Source of the DNA: a virus
Lineage: Duplodnaviria > Caudoviricetes
DNA: 62,902 bases
Strand: one strand, 5' to 3'
IMG/VR virus record: IMGVR_UViG_3300037245_001879
Span: 1 to 62,902 of that record
The notes below the pieces were generated by a model. That model made no database searches, was not told the origin of the DNA, and was given only the letters and a program-made list of their open reading frames with translations. Position numbers and translations under genes: made by a program. Of this stretch, positions 9,715 to 21,034 are shown in pieces; the stretch's first letter is position 1, and each line of letters opens with the position of its first letter.

Positions 9715-10175
9715 TGGATGTTGTAATAACAATACCGGTATCTAGTGTTCAATACACTACTTGGTTGAGATCATCATATATTGCTTTATCGCAAATATCT
9801 GAAGGTGATACACCTATGATTGAGCAACTTGAGTTTGGTCCGGACCAAAAGGATGCGTTAAATAATTTCCTGGATGAGTCAACGCGAGAAGTATCAAAAC
9901 TTTTTGTTTCTCGTCAAGGTGATGCATCTGGAATTCCATTTGAATACAATGGGATTGATGTTGTTTACCGCTTCAATGAAGGGGAACCGGCTTTACCGCA
10001 AGCAGATGCACTGACAAGCCAATTAAGCGAGGATGTTAAAAACGCTATATACTCACATTTATCTGTTCTTTGGTTTAATGCAAAAGACAAAGGGGATATG
10101 GAGAATTATTTCAAGGCTAAGTACGAGAAATTAGCTTCAAACATTGAACGAAATTTATATTATTTACATGACTAA
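9714..10175 (+). CDS. Putative ring/adaptor protein, paralog 1
   Basis: Shares ITIP, SRQG..FEY..VYRF and LY.LHD with 10187-10672. Confidence 0.6.
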   Translation: MDVVITIPVSSVQYTTWLRSSYIALSQISEGDTPMIEQLEFGPDQKDALNNFLDESTREVSKLFVSRQGDASGIPFEYNGIDVVYRFNEGEPALPQADALTSQLSEDVKNAIYSHLSVLWFNAKDKGDMENYFKAKYEKLASNIERNLYYLHD

Positions 10176-10186
10176 ACGAAACTATT

Positions 10187-10672
10187 ATGGCTGATATTAC
10201 GATTACAATACCAATTGCAACAGTATTTAAAGAGGTTGCTAGGAGATCGTCCGTAGCTGCTGAAACGGATCCATTTTATAAAGGCTCAAGTACTGAGGTA
10301 AAACAATATTCTCAGCTTCATGGCGAAGGTGATAGAATCACTTCGGACTTTTTAAAGGAAGCCGCAAAAGAAGTATTAAAAGCATATATTTCTCGCCAGG
10401 GGAATGTCGTTGGAGTTGCATTCGAATATGATTTAGATGATAGTGGTAATATTGTTTACCGGTTTTTCGAAAATGATCCTCCATTAGAGGCTAATCAAAC
10501 AGCAGCTATAACCACTAGGTTAAGAGACAACACAGAAGATGCTCTTATTTACTATGTTCTAGTTTCTTTGTACCGAACTGATGGAAATGTAAATAAGGAA
10601 AACGAGCTGCTTAAGAAAGCATTAGAGCTTATTGATAATTTATCTGGTGATTTGTATCGATTACATGATTAA
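10187..10672 (+). CDS. Putative ring/adaptor protein, paralog 2
   Basis: Paralogous to both neighbours (VARRSS..DP..SQLHGEGDRITSDFL). Confidence 0.6.
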   Translation: MADITITIPIATVFKEVARRSSVAAETDPFYKGSSTEVKQYSQLHGEGDRITSDFLKEAAKEVLKAYISRQGNVVGVAFEYDLDDSGNIVYRFFENDPPLEANQTAAITTRLRDNTEDALIYYVLVSLYRTDGNVNKENELLKKALELIDNLSGDLYRLHD

Positions 10673-10674
10673 TT

Positions 10675-12009
10675 ATGTCAAACAACCTACAAATAGTAAA
10701 TACAGGTCTTGATAATTGCTATATTAACGGGGTGCCAATAGTAGAGGCAGAAATTGATATTGAAGATGTATACAAGAAGGTTGCTAGAATTAGTTCATTG
10801 GCTACAAATGCTGACCCTTATTTTAGCCGGCATACTAAGACGCAGAAAATATTTTCAGAACTTCATGGAGATGGAGATAGAATATCCCGGGATTTTTTAG
10901 AAGAAGGAGCTAAAGACTTACTTCCTATATTCTCACCACTACAGCGACTTATCCCGGAAGGTGTCTTTGATGCTCAATCATACGTAGATGATAATCCTAA
11001 TGTATCAGGCGATCAAACATGGACTAATCCAGATCCATCAAATATTTATATCGATAATCTTTATCTTTCATGGGTTGCCGGTTATGGGGATATTACTATA
11101 ATTGTTGATGGCATCACGTTAGGAACGATTACTTTACCAGAGCAAAGTAATATAACAAATAATTATTTAGCGTATGATTTAGCTGGTTTTCTTGGAGGAA
11201 TTGCAGGAACGCTTGGGAATTTTGATCATAGCGAGAACATCCGGAATAATAATGTAGCTCAAATTATTGAGTTAGTAGTTTCAAACGCCTCCGTAGATTT
11301 TACTTTTACATACCAAGTTAATGGATCAAAATACAATGCTATTGGATGGGTTAAAGCTCTTGTTGCCGCAGATGATGTAAAACTACCATCCATAAACGAT
11401 AACATAAGAATTTCCTATCTAAAGGCAGAACATACCTGGGAAAATAGAAATCTTGTAAAAGTATCTGGGGTAACACTTAAGCATCGTTCCGGTTCAGCAG
11501 ATGTTACAATAAGTTATAATGATATCGCCGGTCCTACAAGAACATTAAATAGCGATACTGTTGGTGATGATTATTTTGAGGTAACTGACGATATAAGTAC
11601 GATATCTGTTGCTATTGAAAATGCAGCTGATGAATTTTGTTATGACCTTGTAATAAATACGTTGGTGCCTAAAGTATTACCGAGTCCAAGATTTGAATTT
11701 GATAGCCTTTGGAATGAAGGTAAGATTATATACCGGTATCAAAATATGGATACCAGGAGAGATAAGATGAATTACACTTCGGAAACTTTAAAAGATATTC
11801 GGGTTGACCCAAATATTTTTGATGAAGTTCTTAAGTATTTGAAGGATTCATTAAAAAATTACATGCTTAAAGAATTGTATCTTGCAGTAGGCTACGACAA
11901 GAAAGCTATGGAGTATACCCGTAAATATGAGCAAAGTCGTTCACAAGCTAAATTTTGGGTAAGAAGCGAGAAAGGTTTGCAAACGCAATATATGATCGCA
12001 GGAGTTTAA
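10675..12009 (+). CDS. Putative ring/adaptor protein, paralog 3, with about 250-aa beta-rich insertion
   Basis: N-terminus VARISS..DPY..SELHGDGDRISRDFL matches paralog 2, and similarity resumes at FEFD..GKIIYRY. Confidence 0.6.
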   Translation: MSNNLQIVNTGLDNCYINGVPIVEAEIDIEDVYKKVARISSLATNADPYFSRHTKTQKIFSELHGDGDRISRDFLEEGAKDLLPIFSPLQRLIPEGVFDAQSYVDDNPNVSGDQTWTNPDPSNIYIDNLYLSWVAGYGDITIIVDGITLGTITLPEQSNITNNYLAYDLAGFLGGIAGTLGNFDHSENIRNNNVAQIIELVVSNASVDFTFTYQVNGSKYNAIGWVKALVAADDVKLPSINDNIRISYLKAEHTWENRNLVKVSGVTLKHRSGSADVTISYNDIAGPTRTLNSDTVGDDYFEVTDDISTISVAIENAADEFCYDLVINTLVPKVLPSPRFEFDSLWNEGKIIYRYQNMDTRRDKMNYTSETLKDIRVDPNIFDEVLKYLKDSLKNYMLKELYLAVGYDKKAMEYTRKYEQSRSQAKFWVRSEKGLQTQYMIAGV

Positions 12010-12024
12010 TAAGATAATATAACT

Positions 12025-14124
12025 ATGCAGGAGTTTAATTACATACAGGGCAAGGAAGACATTAAAGATGCATTGCGTAGAAACAAGATGCAAGGGCGTA
12101 GAACTATAAGTATGCCAGCTAATGAAATTAAGCCTAAAGATGATCAGAAAGAAATTCTTGAGGTTTATTTATTTGGTAAATTAAATATGACCCCAATGGA
12201 ACTTCTTAGAACCTTGGAGCACCAGTATTATGCTGAACAAGATTTCAGAGCACGTAGGCAAAGAAATATTGACTTTACCCGTGGAAGGCATTTCGGGGAG
12301 TTAGTATATGATGCAGAGTTAAAAAGACATATAACTCAAGGGCAATATCTAAAGCGTAGAAATATACCCCAATTAACTTATAATGTGGTATCTAAACTTG
12401 GACGATCATTAATAGGTCAATTTAGAGAGATAAACACTGGTAATGTAGTTAAATGTGAAAGCAAGGATATCAGGGGGCAGGAATTAGCCCATATTTTAAC
12501 TGAATGCTTAAACAGGGTAAAAAACAGCAATAAGGCGAAACAAAAGGACGCTAGAAATATGAAGGAAATGCTTCATTCTGGTAGACCAGTATTTAAAGTT
12601 TTGTGGGGAAGTAAGAACAATATGACTAAAAAAGATGTTCGATTCCGTGTTGTTAACACTGCGAAATTTGGTGTAAACCCAGGTATAACAGATGAGGATT
12701 TTGCTAATCTTAATACAGCTTACGAGATACATGATACAGATGTAAATGATATTATAGAAATGTTTGCCGGGGATGATTACGAGAGGGGATTAGATATAAG
12801 GCAATCATATGTTAAGTACCAAGGCAATGAGCGTAAGCAAGCGACGTATAGCACACAATCTTATACTGGTGATGAGCTAAGGAATTTAACTTTCTACTCG
12901 CAAGGAGTAGGTAATTCATCATATCGTTATTTCGAGATATGGACGAAAGTAAGCGATTACGAGGCTTCAACATACGATCCATTGGAAGTTATAGGTAATG
13001 AGTTTAAGACTTACAAATGGAGAGATCCTGAAGATGTTAAAAAAGAGATTAAAAATATAAATGACGAGCGTATTGCTAATTCTGAAAATGATATAGATCA
13101 CGAGGATTTACTGATTCGAGTAACAACCGAATTTAGAAGTAGATGGTACGTATCATATATTACACCATGGGGATTATTGTTAGATGTAAGAGAAAGCCCT
13201 TACAAAAACGGAATAATGCCTTACGTAATTCCATCACCAGATATTAATGGTGAAATATGGGGGTTAATCGAAGAAGTTTTACCCGCTCAATTAGGTTTTG
13301 ATAGGCAGATATTGCAAGCTGACTCAATTATATCAAATGCTTCTAAAGGTATGTGGTTGATACCAAGTACCAGTGTTCCAGATGATATGACCAACAAAGA
13401 GTATATCAGGGAGGTAAAGAAAACTGATGGTGCTGTTATAGTACAAATGAGAGATGGGTACGATGCGAAAGATGTAATGCCAAAACAGGTATATGCGGCC
13501 TCTACAAACATTGGCAATCAAGTACAACAAATGATTGATTTATATGGAGGTCTTGTTGACGAGATAAGCGGTAATTATGGAGCAGCACAAGGGAAGACTA
13601 GTAGCTCAAACACCACTGCAACAGGATACGCTTTAGAGAGTCAAAATGCAGGGTTGAATGTAAAGGATACATTCGAGGTCTTCCTTGATGTGTTATTGCA
13701 GCGAGATGAGCTTATTTTAATGTTTATCCTTGAAGGATATACTAAACACGACTACTTAAAAATTACTGGCCAAGAGATCTATCCAAAAGAGTTTAATAAT
13801 TACGAGTTTAACATGCACCAAAGTAAGGGTACTAATTCTCCAGCTTATAGATTTGAATTAGAAAAAGAATTACTTCAACTTGTTCGTGATCAATTATTAC
13901 CTTTCGAGGTATTCTTGGATATATCAAATAATCCAGTAATGATTCAGGCAAAGCAGAAATTACAGGAGTATAATAAAAACCAAATTATGCAAGGTGGAGT
14001 ACCAGTTCCAAATGCAGGAGGGGATATTTCACAAGGTAATTTACAGCCCACGCAAGAAAATCAAGAAGTAGATGCAGGTAAAATAGCAGAACAAGGAATG
14101 CAGAGAGTAGAAAATATTAGATAA
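12025..14124 (+). CDS. Portal protein (P22-like)
   Basis: 699 aa with P22-portal-like motifs (LTYNVVSKLGRSLIG, ESPYKNGIMPYV, GLIEEVLPAQ, DEISGNYGAAQG) and a Gln-rich C-terminus. Confidence 0.85.
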   Translation: MQEFNYIQGKEDIKDALRRNKMQGRRTISMPANEIKPKDDQKEILEVYLFGKLNMTPMELLRTLEHQYYAEQDFRARRQRNIDFTRGRHFGELVYDAELKRHITQGQYLKRRNIPQLTYNVVSKLGRSLIGQFREINTGNVVKCESKDIRGQELAHILTECLNRVKNSNKAKQKDARNMKEMLHSGRPVFKVLWGSKNNMTKKDVRFRVVNTAKFGVNPGITDEDFANLNTAYEIHDTDVNDIIEMFAGDDYERGLDIRQSYVKYQGNERKQATYSTQSYTGDELRNLTFYSQGVGNSSYRYFEIWTKVSDYEASTYDPLEVIGNEFKTYKWRDPEDVKKEIKNINDERIANSENDIDHEDLLIRVTTEFRSRWYVSYITPWGLLLDVRESPYKNGIMPYVIPSPDINGEIWGLIEEVLPAQLGFDRQILQADSIISNASKGMWLIPSTSVPDDMTNKEYIREVKKTDGAVIVQMRDGYDAKDVMPKQVYAASTNIGNQVQQMIDLYGGLVDEISGNYGAAQGKTSSSNTTATGYALESQNAGLNVKDTFEVFLDVLLQRDELILMFILEGYTKHDYLKITGQEIYPKEFNNYEFNMHQSKGTNSPAYRFELEKELLQLVRDQLLPFEVFLDISNNPVMIQAKQKLQEYNKNQIMQGGVPVPNAGGDISQGNLQPTQENQEVDAGKIAEQGMQRVENIR

Positions 14125-16721
14125 TGTATAAAGTGCAACCGAGAGGGATAAATATAAAAGATAATGAACGAAATGTTCAGGATGGGTTCCTAAAAGAATC
14201 TATAAACCTTCAATGGAAGGATGGTTCTTATAGACCTATACCTGAAAGATTAGAAACAACTTTCCCTAATACTACGGAGACAACGAATAACATTATATTT
14301 CATAAGGTTTCAGACGAGGATCAGATAAATTTATTAGCATTTACTAGTAACGGACTGTTAATCTGGCGTGGTATTGTTATTGATGGTGAACAAATTCAAC
14401 ATCAAGAATTTATTCATGGTTTTCCGAGAGTAACAGATTTTGAATCTTTATCATTTACTATACTCAATGGGTTAATTTATTTTATGAATATTTCCCAAGA
14501 GTTTTATTACAGGCTACAATATAATGAAACAACTGAAGAGTACGAGGTAAAAGATATGTATGCATGGAAGAGTTTAATACCATACTATCCGATAACAGGA
14601 TCATATTCAGGTTTAATTCCAATGAATGGAGACACGCACGTACTTGTAACTCAATGTGGCATAATTCTAATAAGATTTACGCTTGTTTTAAACACAGGAG
14701 AGGAAGTATTGCACACACCTATATATCCATATTATATGTTTTCCGTAAACACAGGAACATCAAATTTCAGTAAAGGTGATGCATTAACAAATATACATAC
14801 ACTAATAAATACTAATCTTGATTTTGAAGATGTTGATTTGCTAGAAGATGAAGTTTCAGCTATTAATATCTATGCATCAACACCTTATTATATAACAGAG
14901 AATAGTGAAGATACAACATTACTTGCTAATGCAAGAGTATTTTTCACAGGTGATAATGTAAAGGGTGAGGTTCAGAAATTATCAGAAGAACCATTTTACC
15001 TTGTAAAGACAATACAGAAACCAGGTACTAGCTTAACGAATGAAAACGTATTATTTTTTGTTGGTGAAATAGATTCTGAGTTAGGTTATGTGGCAAATGA
15101 ATATTCTAAAGTAGATGTAAATACTATTGCTGCAGGATTGGTAATGCCTATAGATAATTTTTCGTATCATAAAATTTTCGGCAAAATAACATCTAATAAT
15201 GGCTTACTGATAGTAAGCAAGCCTAAAACAGTATTGTCTATTGGTCACATACGAGCACTTTCTTTAAATAAGAGTCCATCAAGAGTTGGGTTTCATATCA
15301 ATACAGAAGATGGTGATTTAGAAGGAATATTCGAAATCGACACAGAAATAAATGTGTTATTTGGAACCTCCTTTATAACATCAAGAGGTATTCTATCTTA
15401 TCCTGATTCAAGAGCTAGTTACGTAGGGGCCAACGCAAGTTTACCCAATCCGGTATTACTGTATAAGACAAGGGCAAATAAAGCGCATAATATGTCTTGT
15501 GCTTTTAATTTTTCAGCTGTGAGTAATTCTACTTTAAGTGCTGCCATTATCGGGACTAATTTTGAATGGGGTTTAAAACCATCAGCTAATATTATATATG
15601 GTGATGCAGATAAATCGGTACTTTCAATAGTAACGGATCCTATATTTTATACCTCAGAAAATAGGCTTCAATTTTCCGAATCAGGAGAGTTTTCTGTGTG
15701 GCCGGCAATAAATTCTTATAGGGTTGGTGAAGGTAGAATAATGTTCGTAGGTAGCAACAGTGTAGACCCGACAAATGCAGATTATATAGCACCTTTAATG
15801 ATTGGTACAAGTGATGGAGTTTATACAGTTAATTTTAATCCAACGGGTATTACTTTAATTCAATCAATAACAAGAACGGTTCATCTACCAGTCTTATCAG
15901 AAAACAACGTTTTAATAGATCAAAATCTAATATATGTAAGTGATAAAGGTTTAATTATAATTAACGATGGTAAACCAATAAATATTACAAAAGATTATTT
16001 TCCTGAGTATGGAAATGGTGATTTTCCTGATAATAATACGACCTATCCTAACTATGATCTACTTACTGCTAATCTTTCAGGTAATGATTATCAATTAACG
16101 GATATAGTTGATTACATGAAAGGAGCCTTATTCGCTTTCGATGGAAGAAGAGACAATGTATGGTGTAGTAATCCAGATAAAAATTTTTCATTAATTTTTA
16201 ACCTAAAGACTAAACAATGGACAATGAGTACTTATGTTTTTAGTGAGGTTATAGATTTTAATAGTATACTAAACACCGATGAAGGAGAGGTTTATAGTAG
16301 ATATTTAGTAAGAAGTGAATCTACATTTGATATTTTAAGTGGTGAAGATATGTCTCAGAAAGTATATACACATTTATTAACCCGGTCCATTAAAATACAA
16401 AATCCGGATCAATACAAAAAAATACAAAGGTTAATATCCAGGTGTGAATTATACAGAGATGATTCAAATGGATACTTCACTTTTGGCTTGTGGGGTAAGC
16501 AAGACCTGAATAAAAACAAAGTAAATATCCCACTTATTGCTTACAATGACAACTCAAATGGAACCTTCCCAAATAACATAAGGCAGGATATCCCTGTAGG
16601 TAGAATGAAGGGAAAATACAAAATAATCACTATCTTGCAGGGAGGATTTATTCTTCCTAGTAGTAGTTTAGATAATTTTGAAATTACAGCAATACCAGTG
16701 GAAAATAATATCTTAAGATAA
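14124..16721 (+). CDS. Tail nozzle/stabilisation (tubular B/gp10-like) protein
   Basis: 865 aa and beta-rich. N-terminal RGIN..DG.LKESINL, plus NRLQFSESG, LIYVSDKGL and HLLTRSIK motifs. Follows the portal. Confidence 0.7.
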   Translation: MYKVQPRGINIKDNERNVQDGFLKESINLQWKDGSYRPIPERLETTFPNTTETTNNIIFHKVSDEDQINLLAFTSNGLLIWRGIVIDGEQIQHQEFIHGFPRVTDFESLSFTILNGLIYFMNISQEFYYRLQYNETTEEYEVKDMYAWKSLIPYYPITGSYSGLIPMNGDTHVLVTQCGIILIRFTLVLNTGEEVLHTPIYPYYMFSVNTGTSNFSKGDALTNIHTLINTNLDFEDVDLLEDEVSAINIYASTPYYITENSEDTTLLANARVFFTGDNVKGEVQKLSEEPFYLVKTIQKPGTSLTNENVLFFVGEIDSELGYVANEYSKVDVNTIAAGLVMPIDNFSYHKIFGKITSNNGLLIVSKPKTVLSIGHIRALSLNKSPSRVGFHINTEDGDLEGIFEIDTEINVLFGTSFITSRGILSYPDSRASYVGANASLPNPVLLYKTRANKAHNMSCAFNFSAVSNSTLSAAIIGTNFEWGLKPSANIIYGDADKSVLSIVTDPIFYTSENRLQFSESGEFSVWPAINSYRVGEGRIMFVGSNSVDPTNADYIAPLMIGTSDGVYTVNFNPTGITLIQSITRTVHLPVLSENNVLIDQNLIYVSDKGLIIINDGKPINITKDYFPEYGNGDFPDNNTTYPNYDLLTANLSGNDYQLTDIVDYMKGALFAFDGRRDNVWCSNPDKNFSLIFNLKTKQWTMSTYVFSEVIDFNSILNTDEGEVYSRYLVRSESTFDILSGEDMSQKVYTHLLTRSIKIQNPDQYKKIQRLISRCELYRDDSNGYFTFGLWGKQDLNKNKVNIPLIAYNDNSNGTFPNNIRQDIPVGRMKGKYKIITILQGGFILPSSSLDNFEITAIPVENNILR

Positions 16722-17095
16722 TGGCACAAGGAGAAATAACATACGGAAACAAAAGCAATGCGGTTCCTGTTGTAAATAGGGAAGAACAAGCTACGGCAGA
16801 AGATTTTCAAGATATTAAGGATATCGTAAACGCTAATGCACAGGATATAGAATTAAGGTTAAAGGAATTTCCTTTTAGTTTTGATAATTCTGATTTAGTT
16901 AATGGTGTTCTACCTACAAGTTTTACAAATCATGAGTTAAACACTGAATTTCCAAAATTAACTTTAAAAAGGCCAAACGGAGGATTCGAAGAAGTAACAC
17001 AGATAATGGTTTATGTTGATGAAGATACCATACAGTTAGATTTCGGTGGGGTAATTGATGCAGGTACATGGAACGGCTTAATAACATTCAGATAA
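16721..17095 (+). CDS. Small tail/fibre-attachment protein (no signal peptide)
   Basis: ITYGNK..ATAEDFQDIKDIVNANA fibre-like N-terminus. Confidence 0.5.
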   Translation: MAQGEITYGNKSNAVPVVNREEQATAEDFQDIKDIVNANAQDIELRLKEFPFSFDNSDLVNGVLPTSFTNHELNTEFPKLTLKRPNGGFEEVTQIMVYVDEDTIQLDFGGVIDAGTWNGLITFR

Positions 17096-17097
17096 TT

Positions 17098-20000
17098 ATG
17101 AAAAAGATAATATTATTACTAGCAATTTTAGTTCCTATTAGTTTGTTTGGACAAGCTAAATTAAGGAAAGGGTATATTACAACTCAAAATGGAGATACTA
17201 TAAGCTGCTTATACCAAAATGGAGAATGGGTGTTGGAAAGCGACACAACATTTGTTATTAAAATTGATACAGTCGAATTTACCGATGGAACAAAGATATA
17301 CTCAGAACCAATCTACAGAGATGCAGGAAACGGAATGAGTTTAGACGGTAACTCAATGGGTTTAGGGGATACATTAACTACGAATACAGAAATAAAAGGG
17401 GATGATCATTTACTTAGATTTGGAACTCCGAATAGTGAATTATCATCATTCAATGTTAATACCCAGTTTGATCAGTTTTTTACGGCTACATCTGGAGATA
17501 TGATCTTTACAATTCGAGGTATAGAATGGAATTTTAATGGAACTTATTTTATAAGTCAGAATAATGATACTTTATCAACTAAACAAGATATAAGAGATTT
17601 AATTGAGCTAGCAGAGCCAACATTACCGTTCAATTTCCCATACACGTTTAATCCAAGTACAGTGGATGCTCGTCCGGGTGTCGGTCTTTTTAGGTTGAAT
17701 AATGCCGATCCATCCAATGTAACAGAAATGTATATAGATTATTTCGATGAAGATGGAGTTGCAAATAATAATTTTATTGCAATGACAGATACTGGAAGTG
17801 CTATAACAATTCAGACAGATGTAAACAATTATGCTTTATATAAGCTTACAGGAGGGTATATAGATGCAGGAAACTATTTTAAATGCATTGTAACCCATCA
17901 AAGCTCCATCGGAACTATAAGCGGCTTAAACACTATTTATATAGATATTAGTAATAGCACTGGGAGTGGAGGTAATTTATATAAAATAGATACTCTATTC
18001 TTTACAGATGGAACATATGTTGTTGGTGGTGATACCAGTAATTCCATATCTGTTCGGTCAATAACTGTAGATTCGGCTAATTTTAATGATGGTACATCTT
18101 TAACTAGCGCATATGTAGATTCTGCAAGATATGCGGATATAGCATCGTTTGCTTTGAATGCTACTGGTGGTGATAGTAGCTTCTATTATATAGAAGCTAA
18201 AGACTCAGCTATATTAGGCTTACTTAAATTTGACAGTTATGTAAGTCAAGATTCAATTGCTAGAATCTCTTTTAATTCACCTATAGAAACGTATAGTAAA
18301 TTAGAATTTACAATTGGTAAAGCCCCACATTCTTATTCTAGATTAAATCTAGGTAGAAATTTTGCAGAATTACGGCAACGTGATTCTACGGCTAATACTA
18401 CAGCATTTATTGCAGTAAGCCATGTACCTGGTACTGATGGGCTTGTTTTATTAGACGTAACTACAATAAAACAAGGTATTAAAAAAGATAAATTTTGGAT
18501 AGCCAATCCATCAGATACACTTTTAAAAGTTTCTTTTGATTCTATTTCAGGTAAAATATTACATGCCAAATTTAAAAGTGTTACATCAGATTCTTCACAA
18601 ATAGGGGTAATGTTATTATCTAATGAATTAAATCTTGATTATCTTCCACAAACAGGAACATTTAAATTAGCTCTTAAAGATGGAATTGCAGACACTACTA
18701 ATTTTATAGCAGAACAAGGTAATCTAATATCAATAAATGGTAATGAAATCTCAGTGGACACTTCTGTAATAAATTACAAGGAAGGAGTTACAATATCTAG
18801 TACAGGAATTAGCTCTTCTTGGAGAAGCACAGCCTTATCTTCTGATGGAACATACAGAATTTTGATTGATGGAGGTAATAATGAGATTTACTTATCAAGT
18901 GATGGGGGGGATAATTATGCACAAGTTGGAATATCTTCTCTTTTTGAGTACGGAGATATATCCTCAACAGGTCAGTATATAACTTTAGCTTCAGATGGAG
19001 GGAGAATTTCAAGATCTATTGACTATGGAGGAACGTTTACAAATGTAGGTAATTCTGGAAATAGGCTTACTGTAGGTGTATCGGCAAGTGGTCAATACCA
19101 AGTAACAGGTATAGAAGGAGGTGGTATAGAAGTATCTAATGACTATGGAGCTACTTGGACTACAACACCTACTAATCGTCTATGGAATGCCTCAGCAGTA
19201 TCAGGAAATGGGCAATATATGCTAATTAGCTGTGACTCGACTTATGTATCATCTGATTATGGAGTAACTTTTAGTAAGGTTGATGCACCACTTACAGGAA
19301 ATATAGTTAATACATATAAGGATGCGTCTATGTCGTACACAGGAAAATATATGATTATTGCAGGATTTACGATTCCAGGATACGTATCTATATCAAGAGA
19401 TTATGGAGTTACTTGGGAGGAACAAACAACTTTACCTCCAAGTTTTTGGAGATCGGTCGATATGAGTAATTCCGGAAGATATATGTATGCCTCTAAAGAT
19501 AAAGTATATTACTCTAAGGATTATGGAATTACTTGGGATCAATATAGTAATGTTCTAAATACAGTTATGGCAATTGGAGTAGACTCTGTAGGAAGGATGG
19601 GTATTTTTGGTGTTAGCATTTCTGATGCATTAGACTTTAGACTATACGATAGCTTAATTTTAGGTAAAAAGGTTGAGAATTTTATAGCAAATAGTATATC
19701 TCTTATCAGTCTACCCCAAATAGGTAAATACTCATTAGCATTAAAGTCTGGGTTAATTGACACAACGTCTACGGCTTCCTTTAAGAAAATAACCATAGGA
19801 GGGTATGAGATTAGATTTAATGAATCTGTAGGAATGTTCGAAATGAGAACAGGACAAGATAGTGTTATATGGCAAGGAGCTCTTGAGGATTTAGAACAAG
19901 TTTATAATAATACATCTGATACTATAAAAAATGGCACTCCATTTTATTTTGGTATGTCCATTGGTGATTCTATAGCTACAATAGGCTTATCCTCAGCAAA

Positions 20001-21030
20001 CACTCCCACAGCTTTAGCTTTTCAAGGATTAATTACAATGGATATTCCTCCAAATAATTGGGGGTATGGATGTACTAGAGGTGATGTTCATGGAGTACCT
20101 ACAGATCATTTATCTTTAATGGGTGCTGTATTTTTAAGTAATGATTCAACAACAACAAATACTAAAGTAGATATTACAGGTGAAGTTATAGTAGTTGGCG
20201 GATGTTTAAAAGTACATCCTACTAATGGTATAATACGAGTTAGTCCATCATTAGCATTAAAAAGATTACCTATTACTAAATCTTATAACTGGTCAAATCA
20301 AAGTATTAATGCAGGAACTTATTATGAAGCTGGTTTTTATGAAACTACAACTACAGATGTAACATTGGGAACTTTAGCAGCTACTGAAACATTTGGTGTT
20401 TCTGATAATGGTTATGAAGCACATCCTTGGGTGGTAGCCGGTGGCGCTGGGACTACAGATGCTGGTGTGGTCGGGTTAACCATTACGGGTACCGCCACTT
20501 TTGATGATGGGACTATAGAACCAGGGCATATTGACACTTTAATAACAGACATTACATCGGTTTCAACAGATGACTATTTTGAAGGTGAAAAATTTAATGG
20601 GACAGTTACTTATGCTTTTGTGACTATTAGCGGTTCTCCAACAACAGCTTCACTAACCTTTAACAGAGGGTATGCTAAATATGACGATATGTGGAATCAG
20701 GATTTTTATATAATTGGTTTAGAATGTACTTGGAGGGGTGGGCAAACAGATGCTACCGGGTTTGATATAGAATTACTGCATCACACTAATACAGGATGGA
20801 CTTATGCAGCAACTGGTTTTATTCCAGGAAATGGGGCTATAGCTACAAGATCAATTGATCAAGCTGGATTTCTTGGTGTAACATTAGGATCTGTTGGAAG
20901 TTGGAAACGAGATAATCTAAATACATTTATTACAGGAGATAATGGTGGTGGATTAATGTTTAGAATTACAACTGGTGCTAATAGTACTATACAAAATACG
21001 AATATGCATTTTAATGGAATTTTAGATTAA
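17098..21030 (+). CDS. Signal-peptide-bearing fibre-like protein with Asp-box (BNR) beta-propeller
   Basis: ATG at 17098 gives MKKIILLLAILVPISLFG|Q. Six SxDxGxxW/F/Y boxes lie at about 18890-19540. Confidence 0.75.
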   Translation: MKKIILLLAILVPISLFGQAKLRKGYITTQNGDTISCLYQNGEWVLESDTTFVIKIDTVEFTDGTKIYSEPIYRDAGNGMSLDGNSMGLGDTLTTNTEIKGDDHLLRFGTPNSELSSFNVNTQFDQFFTATSGDMIFTIRGIEWNFNGTYFISQNNDTLSTKQDIRDLIELAEPTLPFNFPYTFNPSTVDARPGVGLFRLNNADPSNVTEMYIDYFDEDGVANNNFIAMTDTGSAITIQTDVNNYALYKLTGGYIDAGNYFKCIVTHQSSIGTISGLNTIYIDISNSTGSGGNLYKIDTLFFTDGTYVVGGDTSNSISVRSITVDSANFNDGTSLTSAYVDSARYADIASFALNATGGDSSFYYIEAKDSAILGLLKFDSYVSQDSIARISFNSPIETYSKLEFTIGKAPHSYSRLNLGRNFAELRQRDSTANTTAFIAVSHVPGTDGLVLLDVTTIKQGIKKDKFWIANPSDTLLKVSFDSISGKILHAKFKSVTSDSSQIGVMLLSNELNLDYLPQTGTFKLALKDGIADTTNFIAEQGNLISINGNEISVDTSVINYKEGVTISSTGISSSWRSTALSSDGTYRILIDGGNNEIYLSSDGGDNYAQVGISSLFEYGDISSTGQYITLASDGGRISRSIDYGGTFTNVGNSGNRLTVGVSASGQYQVTGIEGGGIEVSNDYGATWTTTPTNRLWNASAVSGNGQYMLISCDSTYVSSDYGVTFSKVDAPLTGNIVNTYKDASMSYTGKYMIIAGFTIPGYVSISRDYGVTWEEQTTLPPSFWRSVDMSNSGRYMYASKDKVYYSKDYGITWDQYSNVLNTVMAIGVDSVGRMGIFGVSISDALDFRLYDSLILGKKVENFIANSISLISLPQIGKYSLALKSGLIDTTSTASFKKITIGGYEIRFNESVGMFEMRTGQDSVIWQGALEDLEQVYNNTSDTIKNGTPFYFGMSIGDSIATIGLSSANTPTALAFQGLITMDIPPNNWGYGCTRGDVHGVPTDHLSLMGAVFLSNDSTTTNTKVDITGEVIVVGGCLKVHPTNGIIRVSPSLALKRLPITKSYNWSNQSINAGTYYEAGFYETTTTDVTLGTLAATETFGVSDNGYEAHPWVVAGGAGTTDAGVVGLTITGTATFDDGTIEPGHIDTLITDITSVSTDDYFEGEKFNGTVTYAFVTISGSPTTASLTFNRGYAKYDDMWNQDFYIIGLECTWRGGQTDATGFDIELLHHTNTGWTYAATGFIPGNGAIATRSIDQAGFLGVTLGSVGSWKRDNLNTFITGDNGGGLMFRITTGANSTIQNTNMHFNGILD

Positions 21031-21034
21031 TACT

